This document shows, in pieces, positions 57,801 through 64,000 of a stretch of DNA of 64,000 nt. The position numbers and the translations under genes are program-made. Origin of the DNA: Candidatus Nanopelagicales bacterium (lineage in GTDB: Bacteria > Actinomycetota > Actinomycetes > S36-B12 > UBA5976); NCBI GenBank assembly GCA_049421205.1, contig JBMSMQ010000001.1, positions 22,892 through 86,891 on the forward strand, in the 5' to 3' direction. The notes beneath the pieces were generated by a model. That model worked only from the letters and a program-made list of their open reading frames with translations, was not told the DNA's origin and did not search any database. The number at the start of each line of letters is the position of its first letter. The first letter of the stretch is position 1.

Positions 57801-59065
57801 TTGATGTTGCCGCGGTAAAACAGGATTTTCCGATACTCAAACGAAGAGTTCGGGCAAATCGTGAACTCATCTACCTTGACTCCGCGGCAACGAGTCAAAA
57901 ACCGACCTCGGTGATTGAAGCAGTCTCACGTTTTTATGAGCAGTCAAACGCAGCCATACATCGTGGTGCACACGCTCTCGCCGAAGCAGCAACTGAAGAA
58001 TTTGAAGCAGCTCGTGAAACTATTGCTCATTTTGTTGGTGCAGAGTCTCGTCAAATTCACTTCACAAAGAATGCCACAGAATCCATAAATGCAGTGGCAT
58101 ATATGTTTCTCAATGAGAGCGTCAAATTCCATAGGGGATTAGATGTAGAAAACCCTCGATTTGTACTGCAAGACGGCGATGAAATCATAGTAACCGAGAT
58201 GGAACATCATGCGAACCTGGTTCCTTGGCAAGAACTGTGTTTGAAAACTGGTGCGGTACTGAAAATTATTCCAATTAACGATGAGGGCAGGCTCGAACTC
58301 ACTAATCTCACATTATTGATAACTGAAAAAACTAAAGTTGTGTCGTTTGTTCATCAGAGTAATATTTTAGGGACAATCAACCCAATAGATACAATCATTA
58401 ATCGCGCAAGAAGTGTAGGGGCGTTGACGGTGCTAGATGCTTGCCAATCAGCTCCACATCTTGGTGTGAACCTGGAGCAGATTGGAATTGATTTTGCGGC
58501 CTTTAGCGGCCATAAAATGCTTGGACCACTTGGTGTTGGGATTCTCTATATAAAAGATCCAGATCACGCACCTGTATTTCTCACTGGCGGGTCAATGATT
58601 GAAAAAGTGACGCTGCAGAAAAGCACGTATGCAAAAGCTCCACAACGATTTGAAGCTGGTACTCAATCGGCCGCAGAAGTGATTGGATTAGCAACGGCTC
58701 TCGATTACCTAAAAAATCTTGGAATGGATAATATCCATCAACATGAACTTGCCCTGACGAAGATGGCACTTGAAGGGTTAATGGCAATTCCCCAAGTGAG
58801 AATTATTGGACCTACTAACATTGAAAATCGTGGTGGAATCATCTCGTTCACCTTGGCTGATCTTCATCCACATGATGTGGGTCAAGTACTCGATGAGCAG
58901 GGAATTGCTGTTCGGGTTGGCCATCATTGCGCATGGCCGGTATGCACCTACTTCAATGTTCCTGCTACCACGCGGGCATCTTTTTACCTTTACAATGATG
59001 AACGAGACGTTGAGATGCTTGTTTCGGGTGTAAAGCGCACTCTTGAATATTTCGGGGTGGCATGA
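57797..59065 (+). CDS. sufS: Cysteine desulfurase SufS (class II)
   Basis: HHANLVPW, HQSNILGT, PLP-Lys SGHKMLGP, catalytic Cys RVGHHCA. Confidence 0.95.
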   Translation: MIDVAAVKQDFPILKRRVRANRELIYLDSAATSQKPTSVIEAVSRFYEQSNAAIHRGAHALAEAATEEFEAARETIAHFVGAESRQIHFTKNATESINAVAYMFLNESVKFHRGLDVENPRFVLQDGDEIIVTEMEHHANLVPWQELCLKTGAVLKIIPINDEGRLELTNLTLLITEKTKVVSFVHQSNILGTINPIDTIINRARSVGALTVLDACQSAPHLGVNLEQIGIDFAAFSGHKMLGPLGVGILYIKDPDHAPVFLTGGSMIEKVTLQKSTYAKAPQRFEAGTQSAAEVIGLATALDYLKNLGMDNIHQHELALTKMALEGLMAIPQVRIIGPTNIENRGGIISFTLADLHPHDVGQVLDEQGIAVRVGHHCAWPVCTYFNVPATTRASFYLYNDERDVEMLVSGVKRTLEYFGVA

Positions 59066-59505
59066 GCATTGATAATCTGTATCAAGACATAATTCTTGAA
59101 CACTATAGGCACCCTCAGGGTAAGGGTCTCAATCCTGAGTATGCAGTTGAAGTTCATCACGTCAATCCAAGTTGTGGTGATGAAATCACTTTACGGACGC
59201 GAGTGATAGACGGTAATGTTGAAGTTTCTTACGAGAATTCAGGTTGCTCTATTTCTCAAGCCAGCGCATCAATGATGTGGGAACTCGTGAATAATAAGAG
59301 TGTTGAGACTGCTATTTCTCTTGAGTCTGAATTTTTAGAACTTATGCAATCCAAAGGGCAGGGTACGGATGAGGACGAAAGTCTATTAGATGCAATCGCG
59401 TTTGTTGGCGTCAGCCAATTTCCTGCACGAGTGAAATGTGCACTGTTGGCGTGGATGGCTTTGAAAGACGCAATTATGCAAAACATGAGGAGCAAGAATG
59501 AATGA
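59062..59505 (+). CDS. sufU: Fe-S cluster assembly sulfur-transfer protein SufU
   Basis: NPSCGDE, GCSISQAS, RVKCALL. Confidence 0.92.
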   Translation: MSIDNLYQDIILEHYRHPQGKGLNPEYAVEVHHVNPSCGDEITLRTRVIDGNVEVSYENSGCSISQASASMMWELVNNKSVETAISLESEFLELMQSKGQGTDEDESLLDAIAFVGVSQFPARVKCALLAWMALKDAIMQNMRSKNE

Positions 59506-59839
59506 CATGAATCAACTTCGACAGGATGAGATACCATCATCAGAGGATCTCATCGAATTGATGAAAGATGTTGTAGATCCTGAATTGGGTATCAATGTAG
59601 TTGATTTAGGGTTGGTGTACGGAGTACATCTTGATGAAAGCAATGTTGCAACAATTGATATGACTTTGACGTCAGCTGCATGTCCGTTAACAGATGTCAT
59701 TGAAGATCAAACTCGCGCTGCACTCGATGGTCATGTTGCCGACTTTCGCATCAATTGGGTGTGGATGCCACCCTGGGGGCCAGACAAAATTACAGAAGAT
59801 GGGCGAGAGATGATGCGAGCACTTGGCTTTAACATCTAG
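59498..59839 (+). CDS. sufT: DUF59 metal-sulfur cluster assembly factor (SufT-like)
   Basis: VVDPELGINVVDLGLVY, TLTSAACP. Confidence 0.87.
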   Translation: MNDMNQLRQDEIPSSEDLIELMKDVVDPELGINVVDLGLVYGVHLDESNVATIDMTLTSAACPLTDVIEDQTRAALDGHVADFRINWVWMPPWGPDKITEDGREMMRALGFNI

Positions 59840-59844
59840 CCATT

Positions 59845-61437
59845 GTGATTGCTGTCCACGACCTAGAAATTCGAATCGGTGCCCGATTACTGATGTCGGG
59901 CGTAACGTTCCGTGTCGCCGAGGGTGACAAGGTTGGTTTAGTTGGACGAAATGGCGCTGGTAAAACAACACTTACCAAAGTTCTAACAGAATCCTTACCC
60001 GCTACTGCCGGCGATATCCAGGTGACGGGAAGAGTTGGCTATCTACCACAGGATCCACGAACTGGAGATATATCCAACACGGGAATTAATCGAATTCTTT
60101 CTGCTCGAAACATCGATAAATACTTTGAACGTATGCAAAGTGCACAAAATCGAATGGCAGATTCGACAACATTTGAACGCGCAAGTCGTGAGTATGAGAA
60201 AGCTGAAACTCAATTCTTGCTTGCAGGGGGATATGCCGCACAATCTGAAGCCAATTCAATTGCATTGAGTTTAGGCCTTACTTTGAAGGCTTTAAGTCAA
60301 CCTTTGCAAACACTTTCAGGAGGGCAACGTCGAAGAGTTGAATTAGCAAGAATTCTTTTTTCCGGGGCCGATACTCTCATCTTAGATGAACCAACAAATC
60401 ACCTGGATACAGATTCAATCGTCTGGCTCACAAATTTTATAGTGAACTATCCAGGTGCCGTGATTGTTATTACCCACGATATAGCATTGCTTGAAAAAAC
60501 AGTAAATCGTGTTCTTTTCCTTGATGCGATTCGCTGCACAATTGATGTCTACAATCTTGGCTGGAAACAATATCTAGAGCAGCGAGAACAGGATGAGCGT
60601 CGCCGCAAACGAGAGAGGATGAATGCAGAAAATAAAGCACAAACTTTGATTGATCAAGCTAATCGATTTCGGGCAAAAGCGAGCAAGGCGAGAACTGCCC
60701 AATCAATGCTAAAGCGTGCAGATATTTTGATGGAGTCGACCGAAGGTGAAGCGCAAAAAGAGAAAAAAGTAAAGATAAAATTTCCAACCCCCGAACCCTG
60801 TGGAAAAGTTCCATTGTCGGGTCACGGGCTAACACGTGCCTATGGTTCAGATGAAGTGTTTGCCTCCGTTGACTTAGCTATCGATAGAGGCTCTCGCATA
60901 GTTGTACTCGGATTAAATGGGGCTGGCAAAACAACGTTACTTCGGCTTCTTGCCAATATTGATATTCCTGATCGAGGCGAAGTGATGTTGGGGCATGGCG
61001 CAAAAGTGGGTTACTATGCTCAGGAACACGAAACGTTAGACCTTAATGCGAGTGTGCTTCAAAATTTACTGAAGCAAAGTCCGCATCTAACTGAACAACA
61101 GGGACGTACATTGCTTGGTTCGTTTCTTTTCACAAATGACGACGTTTTCAAACCAGCTGGTGTGCTATCGGGTGGAGAAAAAACTCGGCTTGCACTTGCG
61201 ATTCTTGTTGTTTCAGGAGCAAATGTTTTACTCCTCGATGAGCCGACCAATAATCTTGATCCTGCCAGTCGTCAAGAAATACTTCGAGCAATTGCTGAAT
61301 ATGAAGGAGCGATTGTTCTAGTTACTCACGATTTTGGTGCAGTAGAGGCGCTTGAACCTGAACGCGTGCTTTTGCTACCAGATGGGGTTGAAGATTTCTG
61401 GAATCAAGATTATCAAGATTTAATCTCTCTTGCATAA
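59845..61437 (+). CDS. ABC-F family ATPase (two NBDs, no TMD)
   Basis: Walker A motifs GRNGAGKTTL and GLNGAGKTTL, signatures LSGGQRRR and LSGGEKTR, and a basic inter-domain linker (EQDERRRKRERMNAENK). GTG start. Confidence 0.92.
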   Translation: MIAVHDLEIRIGARLLMSGVTFRVAEGDKVGLVGRNGAGKTTLTKVLTESLPATAGDIQVTGRVGYLPQDPRTGDISNTGINRILSARNIDKYFERMQSAQNRMADSTTFERASREYEKAETQFLLAGGYAAQSEANSIALSLGLTLKALSQPLQTLSGGQRRRVELARILFSGADTLILDEPTNHLDTDSIVWLTNFIVNYPGAVIVITHDIALLEKTVNRVLFLDAIRCTIDVYNLGWKQYLEQREQDERRRKRERMNAENKAQTLIDQANRFRAKASKARTAQSMLKRADILMESTEGEAQKEKKVKIKFPTPEPCGKVPLSGHGLTRAYGSDEVFASVDLAIDRGSRIVVLGLNGAGKTTLLRLLANIDIPDRGEVMLGHGAKVGYYAQEHETLDLNASVLQNLLKQSPHLTEQQGRTLLGSFLFTNDDVFKPAGVLSGGEKTRLALAILVVSGANVLLLDEPTNNLDPASRQEILRAIAEYEGAIVLVTHDFGAVEALEPERVLLLPDGVEDFWNQDYQDLISLA

Positions 61438-62087
61438 TCAGTTCGAATTCTACGTAGTGCAACTACGTAGATAACAATCGAAGCAATTCCAATCAATATC
61501 CATTGCCCCACGTATCCAAGGTGTGGTCCTGATGTTATCTCTGGAAGTGTTAATTTAGACAGATTCTTTGGAGGTACTTGGCTTTGAATATAGAAAGTGA
61601 AATCTGTGCTTCTCATCATTTCAGTGACGTAGTTGATTTGCCCTGAAGGCACATCTGATGGGCTCGTTCCATTTGATGTTGCGTATCTCACAAAACCTGT
61701 GAGTGGAAACTTTACATCGTCACTCAGTTCGAAAGTTGCATCGTCCGTCCACCCTAAAGCCAGCGTGAGACTTTTTCCGTCTTGGAGTGTCACATTTTGC
61801 AGCACGATAAAGCCAGGAATTCCATTCTGAACTTGCTTTCGCCACAGAATCTCTGAACTAGAAAATTCACCATCAATGAGAACTCTCGTGAACTCATCGG
61901 GTTCACCATCGTAGAAATTGGCAATAGGTTGAGGTTCGACACCGAGAGCATTTTGAAGAAGCAAATTCTCGGCATCTCGTTGCTGGTGTCTATCAAGTTG
62001 CCATTGAGCGGCAAAGTAACTGAGTGGAACCATCAGGACGAGCACTAAGGTAAGTGCGAGAATTCTGGGAACTTGCTTCACACCCAC
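61413..62087 (-). CDS. SURF1-family cytochrome oxidase biogenesis protein
   Basis: An N-terminal TM helix followed by QWQLDRHQQR, and a C-terminal GPHLGYVGQW plus a second TM helix. GTG start. Confidence 0.8.
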   Translation of the reverse strand: MGVKQVPRILALTLVLVLMVPLSYFAAQWQLDRHQQRDAENLLLQNALGVEPQPIANFYDGEPDEFTRVLIDGEFSSSEILWRKQVQNGIPGFIVLQNVTLQDGKSLTLALGWTDDATFELSDDVKFPLTGFVRYATSNGTSPSDVPSGQINYVTEMMRSTDFTFYIQSQVPPKNLSKLTLPEITSGPHLGYVGQWILIGIASIVIYVVALRRIRTDYAREIKS

Positions 62088-62134
62088 ACTCTATGCAAAG
62101 TGCCAAGTTTGCTCACATCCTCTAAGGTGAGGCT

Positions 62135-62407
62135 ATGGCTAAAACTCAGGTCTACAAAATCAGTGGTGCGAGTACAAGCCTTTCTGGAGATCAGCAGAGT
62201 CGCAGTCGTCGATATATGTGGTCTATGGCAATCAGAATGCTGTGTTTCGGTCTTGCTCTCGTTTCCCAGGGTATCTTGCAATGGGTATTTTTGCTTGGGT
62301 CGTTAGTGCTACCTTGGATTGCCGTTGTGGTTGCCAATGCGGGTCGTGAGAATCGACTCCAATCTGAGCCCTACACCTACGAGTCTGGCAAAGAACTAGA
62401 AGCCTAA
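62135..62407 (+). CDS. DUF3099 membrane protein
   Basis: RRYMWSMAIRMLCFGLALV...LPWIAVVVANAGRE, a two-TM small protein. AAGGTGAGG RBS upstream. Confidence 0.75.
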   Translation: MAKTQVYKISGASTSLSGDQQSRSRRYMWSMAIRMLCFGLALVSQGILQWVFLLGSLVLPWIAVVVANAGRENRLQSEPYTYESGKELEA

Positions 62408-62454
62408 GCCTCGAATCAACCCGAGCAGGGTAGATTTGCCCGTTGGGAGTGGTG

Positions 62455-63159
62455 ATGGCGCAAACAGTATTCATAACCGGTGCCAACCGTGGTATCGGAG
62501 CCTCAATCGCTGCAAGATTTCTTGAAGCGGGAGACACAGTAGTGGCATTCAACCGTAGTGCCAACGCCATCAATGGTGTGAATTCTCTTGAGTGCGATAT
62601 CGCATCATATGAATCAATCCAAAAAGCGACCGCCGAGGCATTAGCACAATTTGGAACACCAGACGTTGTGATTGCCAATGCTGGCATAACTGATGACGGC
62701 TTGTTTATGCGAATGTCTGATGAATCCCTTGACACTGTAATCACAACAAATTTGCTCGGTGCACTCCGATTTAGCCAACAGATTATCACACCAATGCTGA
62801 AGCAAAAACGAGGTTCCATCATATTTGTTGGAAGTGTTGTGGGTTTACTTGGAAGTGCTGGGCAGGTGAACTATGCTGCAAGTAAAAGTGGCCTGGTGGG
62901 TGCGGCAAGAAGCTTGGCACGAGAAGTTGGCTCTCGCGGAATCACAGTAAATGTAGTTGCGCCCGGCTTTGTTGATACCGATATGACAGCAGTTCTTACA
63001 GAGGAACAAAAAGGAAAGATATTGAATTCAATACCTCTTGGAAGATATGCAAATCCAGAAGAAGTCGCTGACACAGTATTTTTCTTAAGTTCAAGCAATG
63101 CCCGCTATATCACTGGTGCTGTTATTCCAGTGGACGGCGGTTTAGGAATGGGACACTAA
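62455..63159 (+). CDS. fabG: 3-oxoacyl-[ACP] reductase (FabG/MabA-like)
   Basis: ITGANRGIG, NAGIT, catalytic YAASK. ATG 62455 is preceded by GGGAG; the ORF track begins at TTG 62443. Confidence 0.92.
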   Translation: MAQTVFITGANRGIGASIAARFLEAGDTVVAFNRSANAINGVNSLECDIASYESIQKATAEALAQFGTPDVVIANAGITDDGLFMRMSDESLDTVITTNLLGALRFSQQIITPMLKQKRGSIIFVGSVVGLLGSAGQVNYAASKSGLVGAARSLAREVGSRGITVNVVAPGFVDTDMTAVLTEEQKGKILNSIPLGRYANPEEVADTVFFLSSSNARYITGAVIPVDGGLGMGH

Positions 63160-63926
63160 TGGGAATTGTCGAAGGCAAAACATTTCTTGTCACTGGAGTT
63201 TTGACTCAGATGTCGATTGCGTATGAAGTTGCCCGGTTAGCTCAAGAAGAAGGCGCAAAGGTTATTCTCACTGGTTTCGGACGCGGTTTATCGCTGACGA
63301 AAAGAGTTGCTGAGAAACTGCCACAGGCTGTTGAAGTGCTGGAATTGGATGTAACCAACCAAGAGCATTTGGATTCGCTTCAGGCCCGTCTCAAGGATCA
63401 CACGACAACGATTGACGGTGTTCTACATTCCATCGCATTCGCACCGAAAGAAGCACTTGGTGGAAATTTTCTCAATACCCAATGGAATGATGTTGCAACC
63501 GCATTACAGGTGAGCGCATATTCATTGAAAGCTTTAACAGTTGCGGTGCAGCCAATGCTTGCAGCATCGTCAAGTGTGGTCGGTTTAACATTTGATGCAA
63601 AAGTTGCCTGGCCAATCTATGACTGGATGGGGGTTGCGAAAGCGGCGCTGGAGGCAACTGGGCGTTATCTCGCACGAGATTTAGGTCAATATGGAATCCG
63701 AGTCAATATGGTAGCTGCTGGACCTCTGGGCTCCATTGCAGCGAAAGGAATTCCTGACTTTCATAGAATTGAAAGTATCTGGAGTGATCGGGCGCCACTT
63801 GGATGGAATTCAACTGACCCAGTACCAACTGCCAAGACATGTATTGCACTGATGAGTGACTGGATGCCGATGACCACCGGCGAGGTCATTCATTGCGACG
63901 GCGGCGTGCACGCAGTCATGGGGTAG
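63159..63926 (+). CDS. fabI: Enoyl-[ACP] reductase, NADH-dependent (FabI/InhA-like)
   Basis: LVTGV...SIAY, HSIAFAP, the Y...K pair in MGVAKAALE, RVNMVAAGP. 1-nt overlap with fabG. Confidence 0.92.
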   Translation: MGIVEGKTFLVTGVLTQMSIAYEVARLAQEEGAKVILTGFGRGLSLTKRVAEKLPQAVEVLELDVTNQEHLDSLQARLKDHTTTIDGVLHSIAFAPKEALGGNFLNTQWNDVATALQVSAYSLKALTVAVQPMLAASSSVVGLTFDAKVAWPIYDWMGVAKAALEATGRYLARDLGQYGIRVNMVAAGPLGSIAAKGIPDFHRIESIWSDRAPLGWNSTDPVPTAKTCIALMSDWMPMTTGEVIHCDGGVHAVMG

Positions 63927-63928
63927 TA

Positions 63929-64000
63929 GTGAAAATTTTGTTTCTGAGACACGCAGAAGCAATCTCTCAGTATGAAGATGATTTCAATCGCCCTCTCACT
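63929..64000 (+). CDS. 5' end of a histidine phosphatase-family (SixA-like) protein, truncated by the window edge
   Basis: GTG 63929, then VKILFLRHAEAISQYEDDFNRPLT. The RHAEA...RPLT pattern is the RHG-family N-terminus. Only 24 codons are visible. Confidence 0.5.
   Translation, partial: MKILFLRHAEAISQYEDDFNRPLT

Noticed and set aside
62232-62822. 196-aa minus-strand ORF across DUF3099, the spacer and fabG
   Set aside because: It is opposite two supported genes and would run through their intergenic RBS region. No recognisable domain.

Overview
This window is almost wall-to-wall housekeeping genes from a compact, moderate-to-low-GC actinobacterial chromosome. The phylum call rests on rbpA, whiA, a PimA-like glycosyltransferase, DUF3099, a sufR-sufBD-Rieske-sufCSU-sufT operon, ctaA/ctaB and a fabG-fabI (mabA-inhA-like) pair. 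The density suggests a streamlined lineage, but I cannot name the taxon from sequence alone. I read three conserved actinobacterial synteny blocks placed back to back. Block 1 runs pimA-like, pdxST, yebC, ruvCAB, secDF, apt, rel, PPIase, hisS, aspS, rarA, alaS, ruvX, mltG, the aro genes, efp and nusB. Block 2 runs polA, rpsA, coaE, uvrB, terC and uvrA. Block 3 runs uvrC, rapZ, whiA, gap-pgk-tpiA, secG, rbpA, tkt, ctaB, ctaA, the suf operon, an ABC-F ATPase, SURF1, DUF3099 and fabG-fabI. The only RNA gene is a tRNA-Leu(CAA) on the minus strand. By my gene model only about 970 of 64,000 nt are non-coding. I see one textbook intrinsic terminator (after rpsA) and no CRISPR array, transposase, integrase, prophage or defence-type genes. 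I do not find a convincing undescribed multi-gene system. The items most worth a second look are: a divergent WS/DGAT-like acyltransferase inserted between yebC and ruvC; a CAAC-N6-GTTG SufR-type operator sitting on the sufR start; local loss of genes normally fixed in these syntenies (yvcK/cuvA, tal-zwf-opcA-pgl, yajC); an orphan mini A24 peptidase inside the shikimate string; and convergent gene pairs that all overlap or abut, leaving no room for terminators. All functional calls come from motif recognition by eye. No database search was run.
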